DNA of 64,000 bases, taken from assembly GCA_036002045.1 (NCBI GenBank), contig DASYTT010000037.1, positions 39,608 to 103,607 on the forward strand, written 5' to 3'. The DNA is from Gemmatimonadales bacterium (GTDB taxonomy: Bacteria; Gemmatimonadota; Gemmatimonadetes; Gemmatimonadales; GWC2-71-9). This document shows, one piece after another, positions 1 to 9,099 of this stretch. The notes beneath the pieces were generated by a model. That model did no database searches. It saw nothing but the letters and a program-made list of their open reading frames with translations, and was not told where the DNA came from. The number at the start of each line of letters is the position of its first letter. Position 1 is the stretch's first letter. Both the position numbers and the translations under genes were made by a program.

Positions 1-1001
1 GACAAGAGCCCCACCAGCCGGTAGGGCAGGTAGTGCAGCAGGAGGCCCGGAAGGCCAAGGGGCAGCAGCAGCAGGAAGCGCAGCAGGAACAGCCCCATGT
101 AGAGCAGAACGCGGCTGGTGCGGAGCTTCCCGACCGGCACATCCCAGGGATCGACCCCGGCACCGCGCAGGCGATCCTCGTAGCGATTGATGCGCCGGCG
201 GAACTGCTCGAGTCGTGCGGCGTCACGGGCGCGCAGCGCGTGGTATCCCGCCAGAATCCGCTTGCGGAAGGCGAACTCGTCGGCCAGTTCCGGCCTCGGT
301 GCGTCATCACTCTCGCGTCGTTGGCTCGCTAGAATTCGCTCGGTGCGCGCCACGAAATCGTGGGCCTCATAAGCATCCGCCTGGAGGGTCACCGCTCCGA
401 GGGCCGACCCGATTTGTTCCGTGAGCGCCTGGACCCGGTCGGCGGGCGGCTCTCCCCTTTCATCCAGGGGGGCGGGGGATACCTCAAAGGAATCGCCGAA
501 ATAGACCAACGCGGCGCTGCGGAAGGTGCGCTTGTCGGTGTAGAAGAGCCCCACCGGCTGGATCCTGAGCGGCGTAGGGCCGGACACGCCGAGCGCGATG
601 CGCGCCGCCCCCGTCTTCAGGGGCTTGAGACGGGGATCGCTGTGGCTGGTGCCCTCCGGGAAGAGCGCCACGGCGCCCCCCCCAGCGAGATGCGCGCGAA
701 CTCGTCCGAACATTTCGCGGTTTTTGCTGAGGTCCGCGCCGGGATCCTGCCGGCGCTGGACCGGAATCGACCCCGCCGAGCGAACCAGCCATCCCACCAG
801 GGGAATCCGGAACAGGGGAGCTTTCGCCAGGAAGGAAACCGGGCGAGGCGCCAGACAGAGGAGGAAGACCGGGTCGACCAGGGAATTCGGATGATTCAGG
901 ACGAACAGGAGAGGCCCCTGGCGGGGTACCCGTTCGATTCCCTCCGCCTCGACCCGCCGGAAGAAGATCCGCAGGGTGAGCCGGAGCAGGGCAATCAGCA
1001 T
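1..1001 (-). CDS. PlsC-like lysophospholipid acyltransferase family protein; 3' end runs off the window
   Basis: Not in the ORF track because there is no stop inside the window. My translation of the minus strand from ATG 1001..999 gives MLIALLRLTLRIFFRRVEAEGIERVPRQGPLLFVLNHPNSLVDP...ALFPEGTSH, which carries the NHxxxxD and FPEGT acyltransferase motifs. Track ORF 360..1028 (+) is its antisense shadow. Confidence 0.7.
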   Translation of the reverse strand, partial: MLIALLRLTLRIFFRRVEAEGIERVPRQGPLLFVLNHPNSLVDPVFLLCLAPRPVSFLAKAPLFRIPLVGWLVRSAGSIPVQRRQDPGADLSKNREMFGRVRAHLAGGGAVALFPEGTSHSDPRLKPLKTGAARIALGVSGPTPLRIQPVGLFYTDKRTFRSAALVYFGDSFEVSPAPLDERGEPPADRVQALTEQIGSALGAVTLQADAYEAHDFVARTERILASQRRESDDAPRPELADEFAFRKRILAGYHALRARDAARLEQFRRRINRYEDRLRGAGVDPWDVPVGKLRTSRVLLYMGLFLLRFLLLLPLGLPGLLLHYLPYRLVGLL

Positions 1002-1046
1002 GGCGCTAACCCGCTCGATGTCAAGTAATAGTTGAGGTCGCTAACC

Positions 1047-2117
1047 TCAAGTAGTTTCGAGGCTGGGCGGCCGCACGGTGCGGCGCTTTTTCTCCTGGGC
1101 GACAAAGAGCTGGCCGCAGGCCGCGGCGATGTCGAGTCCGCGGCTCTTGCGGACCACTGCCTCGACGCCCTGGTTGCGTAGCCGGGCCGCAAAGGCGCGG
1201 ATCCGCTCCGGCTCCGTGGGCCTGAGACCTGGCGCGCCGCCGGGGTGAAGTGGCAGCAAATTGACGTGGGCGTCGAGCCGGTTTGCCAGCTTGGCCAGCC
1301 GGTCGGCATCGGCGTCCGAATCATTCTGGCCGGCAATCAGCACGTACTCGAACGTGAGCCGCTTGCGAAACGCCGCGGCCGCCCGAAGGATCTCGTCGAT
1401 CCCGTACTTGCGCTGGATCGGCATGAGGCGCTGCCGGGTTTCCGCGGAGGGAGCATGCAGCGAGATGGCCAAGCGGAACTGCTCCGGGCGCTGGGCCAGC
1501 TCCCTCATGCCGGGAAGGATCCCCACCGTCGACACGGTGATGTGGCGCGCGCCGATCCCGAATCCGGCCGGATCGTTGAAGATAGAGAGGGCTGTGCTCA
1601 CCGCCGGCCAGTTGAGCAGCGGCTCGCCCATGCCCATGAACACGATGTTGGTCGGCCGCTCCAGCGGGTTGGCCAGCACGATCTCCCGCGCCTGCACGGC
1701 GATCTCCCAGGCGGACAGATTGCGCCGGAAGCCCATCCGGCCGGTGGCGCAGAAGACACAGCCCAGGGCACAACCGGCTTGCGAAGAAATGCAGAGCGTC
1801 AGCCGGGTTCCCGACGGGATGAGGACTGACTCGATGGCCTCGCCGTCCGCGAGCCGCCAGAGGTACTTGCGGGTTCCGTCCCGCGATTGCTGCACCGTTT
1901 CGGCGAGAAGACGGGGCAACGGCAACTCGGCGTCGAGCTGCTCGCGGAGCTGGCGCGGCAACTCGGTCGCCGCTTGCCAGGCAGCGACCGGCGCTTGCCA
2001 GAGCCGGCGGTGGAGCTGGGTGGCCCGGTACTCCGGCAACCCGCGCTGCTTGACCCAGCTTTGCAGGGTGTGCAATGCGGCGGCCGGCGTGAGATCGAGC
2101 AGAGGTGGTGAGGACAT
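1047..2117 (-). CDS. rlmN: 23S rRNA/tRNA (adenine-C2)-methyltransferase, radical SAM
   Basis: 356 aa. Has the CxxxCxxC radical-SAM cluster motif (GCALGCVFCATG), the MGMGEPLLN motif and the C-terminal AACGQL typical of RlmN. Confidence 0.9.
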   Translation of the reverse strand: MSSPPLLDLTPAAALHTLQSWVKQRGLPEYRATQLHRRLWQAPVAAWQAATELPRQLREQLDAELPLPRLLAETVQQSRDGTRKYLWRLADGEAIESVLIPSGTRLTLCISSQAGCALGCVFCATGRMGFRRNLSAWEIAVQAREIVLANPLERPTNIVFMGMGEPLLNWPAVSTALSIFNDPAGFGIGARHITVSTVGILPGMRELAQRPEQFRLAISLHAPSAETRQRLMPIQRKYGIDEILRAAAAFRKRLTFEYVLIAGQNDSDADADRLAKLANRLDAHVNLLPLHPGGAPGLRPTEPERIRAFAARLRNQGVEAVVRKSRGLDIAAACGQLFVAQEKKRRTVRPPSLETT

Positions 2118-2179
2118 CTATCGCAAAGATAACGCGTGGTTTGCTTGATCCCCCTCGGAGCGCCCGTTACGTTTGCGCG

Positions 2180-3943
2180 ATGCCAGCCACTTCGCTGCGG
2201 ACGCACTCGGGCGGCCTGCTCACGCGTGCGGATCTCGGCTGCACGGTCCGGCTGGGCGGCTGGGTGCATCGCCGGCGCGACCTGGGCGGGCTCGTGTTCA
2301 TCGACCTGCGGGACCGCAACGGTCTGGTGCAGCTCTCCTTCGATCCAGCCTTCACACCTCCCGCCGTGCTGCAGCGCGCCGCCGACTGCGGGGTCGAAAC
2401 CGTGGTGTTCGCCGAAGGCACCGTGGCGCTCCGCCCCCAGCCGGCAAAAGACCCCGGCATGCACTCGCGCGAAGTCGAAGTGCGGGTCTCTGCACTCGAA
2501 GTGAGCGGCCCCGCGCTCACGCCGGCGATTCCGGTGGCGCGCAAAGACGGGGAAGAGCTGGCGGCGGAGGAGCTGCGGCTCAAACACCGGATCCTCGATC
2601 TCCGGCGACCGGAGCTGCAGGCCAATCTCATCCTGCGGCACCGGCTGCTGCAGCGGGGGCGGCGCGCCTTGAGCGAGCTGGGCTTTCTCGAGATCGAGAC
2701 GCCGATCCTCACCAAGCCAACGCCTGAGGGTGCGCGGGATTATCTGGTGCCTTCCCGGCTGCATCGCGGCGAATTCTACGCGCTGCCCCAGTCGCCGCAG
2801 ATCTACAAGCAGCTGCTCATGGTGGCGGGCTTCGATCGCTACTTCCAGATCGCCCGCTGTTTTCGCGATGAGGATCTGCGTGCCGACCGACAGCCGGAAT
2901 TCACCCAGATCGACGTGGAAGCCTCCTTCGTCGCGCAGGAGGATATCCTCCAGGTCATCGAGCAAGTGCTCGTGGCCCTCTGGGAGGAAGCCGGGCACCA
3001 GCCGGAGCGACCCTTCCTGCGCATGGGGTGGCGCGAGGCCATGGAGCGCTTCGGCACCGACAAGCCGGACCTTCGCTTCGGCTACGAAATCGCCGATTTC
3101 ACCGGGAAGCTTGGCGGCGATGCGGCTCCCTTCGTTCGCGATGCCGTGGGCAGCGGCGGCCGCCTGCGCGGCATTCTGGCACCGGGGGGGGCCGCGCTCT
3201 CGCGTAAGGATCTCGACGCCCTTTCCGCCCTGGTGAAGGAAACGGGCGGTGGCGGACTGCTGTGGGCCCGGCGGGGAGCTGCCTGGGAGGGATCGGGCGT
3301 CAAGGCGCTGGGCGCCGCAACGCTGGCGGCCCTCGAGGGCAGCGAAGGCGACCTGCTGCTGGCCGTCGCAGGGCCGGACCGGCTCGCGAACCCGGCACTC
3401 CACGCCGTCCGAGGCGCGCTGATCCGGAAGCTCACGCCGGCTCCCCTGCGGGCGCACGCTTTTCTCTGGGTGGTGGACTTTCCGCTGTTCGAGCCGGATC
3501 CGGAGACGGGCGCGCCCACCTTCGTGCACCACCCGTTCACCGCGCCGCACCCGGAGGACGTGCCCTTCCTGGAGAGCGACCCGAGCCGCTGCCGCGCCCT
3601 GCACTACGACGCGGTCTACAACGGCGTCGAGCTGGGCAGCGGCTCGATCCGCATCACCGACCCCGCGGTGCAGCGCAGCATCTTCCGGCTGCTGGGACTG
3701 GCGCCGGAGGAGATCCGGCGCCGCTTCGATTTTCTGCTCGAAGCGCTTGCGGCCGGCGCGCCGCCCCACGGAGGCTTCGCGATCGGATTCGATCGACTCG
3801 TGATGGTGCTGGCCGGGGCCAGCTCGTTGCGTGACGTCATCGCCTTCCCGAAAACCACCGCCGCCCGCGCCCTGTTCGAGGGTGCCCCGACCCCGGTGAG
3901 CGGTGCGGAGCTCGCCGCGTTGCATCTGGTGGTGGGGCCGTGA
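2180..3943 (+). CDS. aspS: Aspartyl-tRNA synthetase
   Basis: Class II aaRS motifs (FRDEDLRADRQPEFTQID, GGGxxRI-like GSGSIRI, GFDRLV) with an OB-fold N-terminus. I moved the start to ATG 2180 (MPATSLRTH...); track ORF 2105 begins at an upstream GTG. Confidence 0.9.
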   Translation: MPATSLRTHSGGLLTRADLGCTVRLGGWVHRRRDLGGLVFIDLRDRNGLVQLSFDPAFTPPAVLQRAADCGVETVVFAEGTVALRPQPAKDPGMHSREVEVRVSALEVSGPALTPAIPVARKDGEELAAEELRLKHRILDLRRPELQANLILRHRLLQRGRRALSELGFLEIETPILTKPTPEGARDYLVPSRLHRGEFYALPQSPQIYKQLLMVAGFDRYFQIARCFRDEDLRADRQPEFTQIDVEASFVAQEDILQVIEQVLVALWEEAGHQPERPFLRMGWREAMERFGTDKPDLRFGYEIADFTGKLGGDAAPFVRDAVGSGGRLRGILAPGGAALSRKDLDALSALVKETGGGGLLWARRGAAWEGSGVKALGAATLAALEGSEGDLLLAVAGPDRLANPALHAVRGALIRKLTPAPLRAHAFLWVVDFPLFEPDPETGAPTFVHHPFTAPHPEDVPFLESDPSRCRALHYDAVYNGVELGSGSIRITDPAVQRSIFRLLGLAPEEIRRRFDFLLEALAAGAPPHGGFAIGFDRLVMVLAGASSLRDVIAFPKTTAARALFEGAPTPVSGAELAALHLVVGP

Positions 3944-4908
3944 GAACCAGCCAGCCGGGCGAGGAGCTTTCCCAGCGTCTCAACATCGAAGGCGCCGATC
4001 CGTTGCTGCTTGCCGGGGTGAACGAGGCCAATCTGGCGGAGCTCGAGCGCGCCACCGGAGCGCGGGTCTCTTTGCGAGGCGATACGCTGACGCTGAGCGG
4101 CAGCGTGGAGCAGCTCGATCGCGCCACGGTCGTCGCTCAAGCGCTGCTCGACATGGCTCGAGTGGGCGAGGCGGTCACGCCGGAGGATGTGCACCGTTTC
4201 GTGCTCAACGGGGTCCCGCTGGACGGCCCGCTGGTTGGAGGGGAGTCGAAGATCCTGCTCCCGGGGCTCCGCCGGGCGATCTCTCCCAAGACCCAAGGTC
4301 AGCGCGATTACGTGCAGGCAATCGCCACCACCGATATCGTGGTGAGCATCGGTCCTGCCGGAACGGGTAAGACCTATCTTGCCGTCGCCAAGGCGGTCGA
4401 AGCGATGGCACGCAAGCGGGTGAAGCGGATCATCCTGGCCCGGCCCGCCGTTGAAGCCGGCGAATCGCTCGGGTTCCTGCCCGGCGACCTCCAGGCCAAG
4501 GTGGATCCGTACCTGCGACCGCTGTACGATGCTCTCGAGGACATGATGCCGCCGGAGCGGGTACAAAAGGCACTCGAGCAGCGGACCATCGAGATCGCGC
4601 CGCTCGCCTACATGCGGGGGCGCACGTTGTCGGACGCGTTCATCATCCTGGACGAAGCGCAGAACGCGACCGGCTTGCAGATGAAGATGTTCTTGACCCG
4701 GCTGGGCGTGAACAGCAAGGTCGTCGTGACGGGCGATAAGACCCAGATCGACTTGCCGAAGCGCGAGGAGTCGGGGCTGATCCAGATCGAACGGATCCTT
4801 CCCGGCATCGATGGGATTGCCTTCTGTTATCTGGGCGATGCCGACGTAGTCCGCCACCGGCTGGTACGGGAAATCATCCGGGCCTATGCCGCGGATCAGA
4901 GCGGATAA
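3940..4908 (+). CDS. phoH: PhoH-like ATPase (YbeZ)
   Basis: Walker A GPAGTGKTYLA and PhoH-family C-terminus. The GTG start overlaps the aspS stop (GTGA). Conserved phoH-ybeY-corC synteny. Confidence 0.9.
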   Translation: MRTSQPGEELSQRLNIEGADPLLLAGVNEANLAELERATGARVSLRGDTLTLSGSVEQLDRATVVAQALLDMARVGEAVTPEDVHRFVLNGVPLDGPLVGGESKILLPGLRRAISPKTQGQRDYVQAIATTDIVVSIGPAGTGKTYLAVAKAVEAMARKRVKRIILARPAVEAGESLGFLPGDLQAKVDPYLRPLYDALEDMMPPERVQKALEQRTIEIAPLAYMRGRTLSDAFIILDEAQNATGLQMKMFLTRLGVNSKVVVTGDKTQIDLPKREESGLIQIERILPGIDGIAFCYLGDADVVRHRLVREIIRAYAADQSG

Positions 4909-4910
4909 GC

Positions 4911-4942
4911 CGGAGGGACGGAGGGACAGAGGGCCAGAGGGA
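4911..4942. repeat. Four tandem octamers C(G/A)GAGGG(A/C), which are Shine-Dalgarno-like
   Basis: Read directly: cggaggga cggaggga cagagggc cagaggga. The array begins 2 nt after the phoH stop (TAA 4906-4908) and ends 3 nt before GTG 4946. Confidence 0.85.
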
Positions 4943-4945
4943 CAG

Positions 4946-5353
4946 GTGCTCGTCCAGGGGCGCCACCTTCCGCTCTCCAAAGCCGCTATCGTTCGAACGG
5001 CGCAAACCGTCCTCAGGCGGGAGCGGCGGCAGGCGATCCTCTCGCTCACGTTCGTCGGCCGCGACCGGATGCGCGCGCTGAACACTCGCTGGAAGCGCCG
5101 CTCCGAGTCGACCGATGTGCTCGCCTTCGCACTCGCCGGCCCGGACGGGGCGCTCGCAGGAGACGTCTACATCTGCCGGTCCGTCGCGCAGCGCGAAGCA
5201 CGGGTGCGCCGGATCCCGCTGCGTCAGGAGCTCACCCGCCTCGTGGTGCATGGCGTGCTGCACGTCCTCGGCTACGATCATCCCGACGGCCCGGAGCGGG
5301 AAGCCTCCGCGATGTGGCAGCGTCAGGAGCGCTATGTGAGGATGCTCAGGTGA
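4946..5353 (+). CDS. ybeY: rRNA maturation endoribonuclease YbeY
   Basis: HGVLHVLGYDH zinc motif (HxxxHxxxxxH). Start chosen at GTG 4946, after the octamer array. The alternative ATG 4886 would translate the repeat and overlap phoH by 23 nt. Confidence 0.8.
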   Translation: MLVQGRHLPLSKAAIVRTAQTVLRRERRQAILSLTFVGRDRMRALNTRWKRRSESTDVLAFALAGPDGALAGDVYICRSVAQREARVRRIPLRQELTRLVVHGVLHVLGYDHPDGPEREASAMWQRQERYVRMLR

Positions 5354-6555
5354 TCCGCGCCCTGCTCGCTGCGCTGCAGCTCTGGGTTGCGCCCCTGCTC
5401 GCCGGCCTCTTCACGCTGTGGTCCGCGCTCGTCGCCCTCGCCGAGTACGACGATGCCGGAGTGCCCCGACTGCTCGGGCCTTCCGGCGGGCCGCCGGGCA
5501 GATCGCTCACGCCGGCCCGCAGCCTGCACGTCGTCCATCTGGCGCTGCTGGCCGTAGCGGCGGCCCTCGCGGGAGTCGCGCTCGCGTGGTGGGCCTGGCC
5601 GGTTCCCCAGGCGATCGCCCGTTTTCTCGTGGCAGCGGCCCTGGTATGGATCGTAGGCGAACTCGCTCCGCGCCTCTGGGCGGCCAACGAGCCGGGACTG
5701 ATCCGGTTCGATGGCCGCTTCGTGCAGCACACGCTCACGCTCTTCGGTCCCTTCCTGGCCGCGGTGGCATGGGTCGACCGCGGTTTTCGGATGCGCCGGG
5801 GCTCGACGCTTCCCGCACCGGCCGCCGAACGCAGCATGCTGACCGGCATTCTCGGTCTCGCTGAGATGAGCGTGGCCGAGGTGATGACGCCGCGGCTCGA
5901 CATCATGGGGGTGGACTTCTCCGCCACACGGGAGCAGGTGATCGAGATGTTCCGCAGCGCCGAGCATTCGCGGCTGCTGGTGGTGGACGGCGACCCGGAT
6001 TCGGTAACCGGGGTGATTTATGCCAAGGACTTGCTGCCCGGCCTCGGACCGGAGGTTGGTCCGGCCGATTGGCATCCGCTCATCCGCCCGGTGGGGTTCG
6101 TTCCCGAAGGCAAGACGCTGGATCGCCAGCTGCGCGACTTTCAGCGGAGCGCGAGCCATCTGGTGGTCGTGGTGGACGAATTCGGCGGCACCTCCGGGAT
6201 CGTGACGCTGGAGGATGTGCTCGAGCAAATCGTGGGGGAGATCCGCGACGAGTACGACATCGATGAGGTCGCTCCGGTGCAGCGCCTGCCCGATGGCGGC
6301 TGGGCCGTGCAGGGTGGCGCCCCGCTCGCCGATCTCGAGGCCGAGCTCGGCCATGCCTTCGCGCGGGAAGACGTCAGCACCGTCGGCGGCCTGGTGCTCA
6401 CGCTGTTCGGACGGGTGCCGCGGGCCGGAGAGACGCTGGAGCTGGACGGCTTCCGGCTCACCGTCGACCAAGTGGTGCGCCGGCGGGTTCGCAGGGTGAC
6501 GCTCGCGCAAGTCCTGGGATCCCCACCCGCCAGCTCGCCGGAGTCGCCGAAATGA
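5350..6555 (+). CDS. CNNM/HlyC/CorC-family transporter-associated protein (DUF21 + CBS pair + CorC_HlyC)
   Basis: Membrane N-terminus, CBS-pair region (ARDVMTPR-like MTPRLDIMGV) and C-terminal CorC domain. Start set at GTG 5350, which overlaps the ybeY stop (GTGA). Confidence 0.8.
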   Translation: MIRALLAALQLWVAPLLAGLFTLWSALVALAEYDDAGVPRLLGPSGGPPGRSLTPARSLHVVHLALLAVAAALAGVALAWWAWPVPQAIARFLVAAALVWIVGELAPRLWAANEPGLIRFDGRFVQHTLTLFGPFLAAVAWVDRGFRMRRGSTLPAPAAERSMLTGILGLAEMSVAEVMTPRLDIMGVDFSATREQVIEMFRSAEHSRLLVVDGDPDSVTGVIYAKDLLPGLGPEVGPADWHPLIRPVGFVPEGKTLDRQLRDFQRSASHLVVVVDEFGGTSGIVTLEDVLEQIVGEIRDEYDIDEVAPVQRLPDGGWAVQGGAPLADLEAELGHAFAREDVSTVGGLVLTLFGRVPRAGETLELDGFRLTVDQVVRRRVRRVTLAQVLGSPPASSPESPK

Positions 6556-7742
6556 TCTGGCTCATCGCGGGACTGGCGCTCACGCTCACCGTGTTCGGCG
6601 CAACGGCCGCCGCAGCGCTGATCACTTCCAGCAGGATCCTGCTGGCCGATGTGGTGGCGCGGCGGCTGCGCGGCGGTGGAGAATCGCTCGTCTGGCTGCC
6701 GCCGCTCGAGCGGGACCTCGCCGCGGCCTCGGTCACCACGACGCTCGGGATTGCGATGCTGGGCGCGGTCTTTCCCGCGATGTTCGCGGGAACCCGGCTC
6801 ACGATCTTCGGCCTGTTGCTCGTCTTCGTGGTGCTGCCGACCGTGCTGCTCAGCGGATATGTCCTGCCGCGGTTCTTGACCCGGCGGCATGCCGCACGGG
6901 TTGCCGAGCGGCTGCAGCCGATCCTGCGGCCCTGGTCGGCCGTGCTCGCGGGGATTCTGCCGGCTCCCTCCGTTCAGCCCGAGGCGCTGATCACCGAGCT
7001 CTGGCGTGAGCGCGCCGCCGCGGGCGCGGCGCCCGACGAGCAGCTGCTGCGGGTCGGCGGGGTCATCAGCTTCTCCCAGCGAAGCGCCCGGGAGGTCATG
7101 ACCCCGCGGACCGAGCTGGTGGCGATTCCGGAGGAGGCTTCGGCGGAGGAGGTTCGCCAGGCCTTCATTCAGACCGGATACAGCCGGCTGCCCGTCTATC
7201 GCGGAACCCTGGACGAGATCATCGGGATGGTGCATGCCTTCGATCTCTTCCGCTTGAATCCGGGCGACCCGCTGCCGATTCGCTCGGTGGCCGTGGCCCC
7301 GGCGGGGCGTCCCTGCGGAGACGTACTGCTCGACATGCAGCGGGAACGCCGGCACCTCGCCGTCGTGCTGGACGAATTCGGCGGCACGCTCGGCATCGTC
7401 ACGCTCGAAGACCTGCTGGAGGCCCTGGTGGGTGAGATTGTCGACGAAGATGAACCGGCCGCGCCGGCGGCCGTTCCCCCGGGCCCGGAGCTGCTCGAGG
7501 CGGAAGGCGGCACCCCCGTCGCGGAGCTCGAGGAGCACTTCGGGGTCAGCTTCCCGCCTGGCCAGGCGACGACGATCGGCGGTCGCCTGGTCGAGCTCGC
7601 CGGCCGCTTTCCCTCGAGCGGAGAGCGCTTTCTGATCCGGGGCCTCGAGCTCGATGTGCTGGTGGCATCCGCCACGCGGGTCGAGCGCCTGCTGGTCCGC
7701 CGCGGCTCGCCGGTCTCTACTCCGCTCGATCGCGCGTCGTGA
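6552..7742 (+). CDS. Second CNNM/HlyC/CorC-family protein
   Basis: Same architecture (SAREVMTPRTELV, LDEFGGTLGIVTLEDLLE). ATGA overlap with the upstream paralog. Confidence 0.8.
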   Translation: MIWLIAGLALTLTVFGATAAAALITSSRILLADVVARRLRGGGESLVWLPPLERDLAAASVTTTLGIAMLGAVFPAMFAGTRLTIFGLLLVFVVLPTVLLSGYVLPRFLTRRHAARVAERLQPILRPWSAVLAGILPAPSVQPEALITELWRERAAAGAAPDEQLLRVGGVISFSQRSAREVMTPRTELVAIPEEASAEEVRQAFIQTGYSRLPVYRGTLDEIIGMVHAFDLFRLNPGDPLPIRSVAVAPAGRPCGDVLLDMQRERRHLAVVLDEFGGTLGIVTLEDLLEALVGEIVDEDEPAAPAAVPPGPELLEAEGGTPVAELEEHFGVSFPPGQATTIGGRLVELAGRFPSSGERFLIRGLELDVLVASATRVERLLVRRGSPVSTPLDRAS

Positions 7743-9079
7743 TTCAGCGACGCTCCTTCCAGGATCTCATCGCCCTGCTGCGCGAAGGCAAAATCAGCGA
7801 ATTCCTGGCGCGCAGCCGTCTCCTCGAGCCGGCCGATCTGGCCGATGTGCTCGCGCTGGCGGACGATGAGGAACGGGTCGAGATCGCCAAGCTGCTGCCG
7901 CCCGACCTCACCGGCGAGGCGCTGGTCGAGATGCCCGTGCAGGAGCACGCCGAGGCGACGCTTGCGGCGCTGTCGCCGGAGCAGGCAGCGGGCATCGTTC
8001 AGGAGATGCCCGACGACGATGCCGCCGACCTCCTCGGCGAGCTGCCGCGGGAGCAGCAGCAGCGCATCCTGTCGCAGGTGGACTTCGATGAGCGCATCAC
8101 GGTCGAGCGGCTCCTGGTGTACAGGGAGGACACTGCCGGCGGCCTGATGACCAGCGCGCTGGTGACGGTGGGCCAGGACGCCACCGTGCGCGAGGCGCTC
8201 GAAAGCATCCGCAAGCAAGCCGCGGAGATCGAAGATTTCACCGAGACGTACGTGGTCGACCGACAGCAGCGCCTGGCGGGGGTGCTCGGGTTCAAGGGAC
8301 TTGTGCTGAGCGCGCCCGAGCGCCCGGTCCGGGAGCTCATGGAAGCCGCGGAAGTGACCGTGCCTCCCGACATGGACCAGGAGGACGTCGCCCGTCTCAT
8401 GGCGCGCTACAACGTGCCGAACATCCCCGTCGTGGACCGGGACCGGCGCTTGCTCGGGCGAATCACCTTCGACGATGTGACGGACGTCGTGGAAGAGGAG
8501 ACTACCGAGGATCTGCTGCGCTTCGGGGGCGTTTCGGCGGGGGAGGAGCTTGGCGCACGCTGGTATGAGGCCGTGAAGACGCGGCTTCCCTGGCTCTTCG
8601 TGAACCTGATCACCGCCTTTGTGGCGGCGGCAGTCGTCGCGCTGTTCACCCCCGTCGTCCGCGCCCTGCCGGCCCTCGCCGCGTGGATGACGATCATTTC
8701 GGGAATGGGCGGGAACGCAGGAACCCAGACCCTCGCCGTCACGGTGCGCCGGCTCGCGCTCGGCCTCATCGCTCCCTCGGCCTTCGTTCGAGTGATCGGG
8801 AAGGAGGTGATGGTCGGCCTGGCGTGTGGAGTCGCCAACGGGATCGTGGTCGCGCTGGCGGCGGTGCTCTTTCGCCAGCCGGTTATCCTCGGTTTCGTGG
8901 TATGCCTCGCTATGGTCGGAAACCTCTTCGTCGCCGGATTTGCGGGCGCGTTCATTCCGCTCTTGCTCGAGCGCTTGCGCATCGATCCGGCGATCGCGTC
9001 GTCGGTCTTCGTGACGACATTCACGGATGTCTGCGGTTTCGCGCTGCTGCTCGGGCTCGGCGGCTGGCTGTTGCTCTAG
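7739..9079 (+). CDS. mgtE: Magnesium transporter MgtE
   Basis: N-terminal MgtE_N acidic domain, CBS pair, and a C-terminal 5-TM domain with GMGGNAGTQ. GTGA overlap with the upstream gene. Confidence 0.85.
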   Translation: MIQRRSFQDLIALLREGKISEFLARSRLLEPADLADVLALADDEERVEIAKLLPPDLTGEALVEMPVQEHAEATLAALSPEQAAGIVQEMPDDDAADLLGELPREQQQRILSQVDFDERITVERLLVYREDTAGGLMTSALVTVGQDATVREALESIRKQAAEIEDFTETYVVDRQQRLAGVLGFKGLVLSAPERPVRELMEAAEVTVPPDMDQEDVARLMARYNVPNIPVVDRDRRLLGRITFDDVTDVVEEETTEDLLRFGGVSAGEELGARWYEAVKTRLPWLFVNLITAFVAAAVVALFTPVVRALPALAAWMTIISGMGGNAGTQTLAVTVRRLALGLIAPSAFVRVIGKEVMVGLACGVANGIVVALAAVLFRQPVILGFVVCLAMVGNLFVAGFAGAFIPLLLERLRIDPAIASSVFVTTFTDVCGFALLLGLGGWLLL

Positions 9080-9099
9080 GCCTCTGATACCTTGGAGCC

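Noticed and set aside
360-1028. 222-aa + strand ORF at the start of the window
   Set aside because: It is antisense to a PlsC-like acyltransferase ORF carrying the NHxxxxD and FPEGT motifs, which runs off the left edge.
1799-3925. Very long antisense ORFs, for example 1799..3925 (-) 708 aa, 7196..9157 (-), 13461..15794 (-), 40891..42699 (-), 46011..48092 (-), 22661..23881 (-) and 59681..61240 (+)
   Set aside because: Their products are Arg/Pro/Gly/Ala-rich with no recognisable motifs. Each lies opposite to, or out of frame with, a gene that has clear family signatures. Long stop-free shadow frames are expected in GC-rich DNA.
4886-4945. ATG 4886 as the ybeY start
   Set aside because: It would overlap phoH by 23 nt and translate the octamer SD-like array. 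GTG 4946 directly follows the array and gives a YbeY of normal size. It is kept as an alternative and not excluded.
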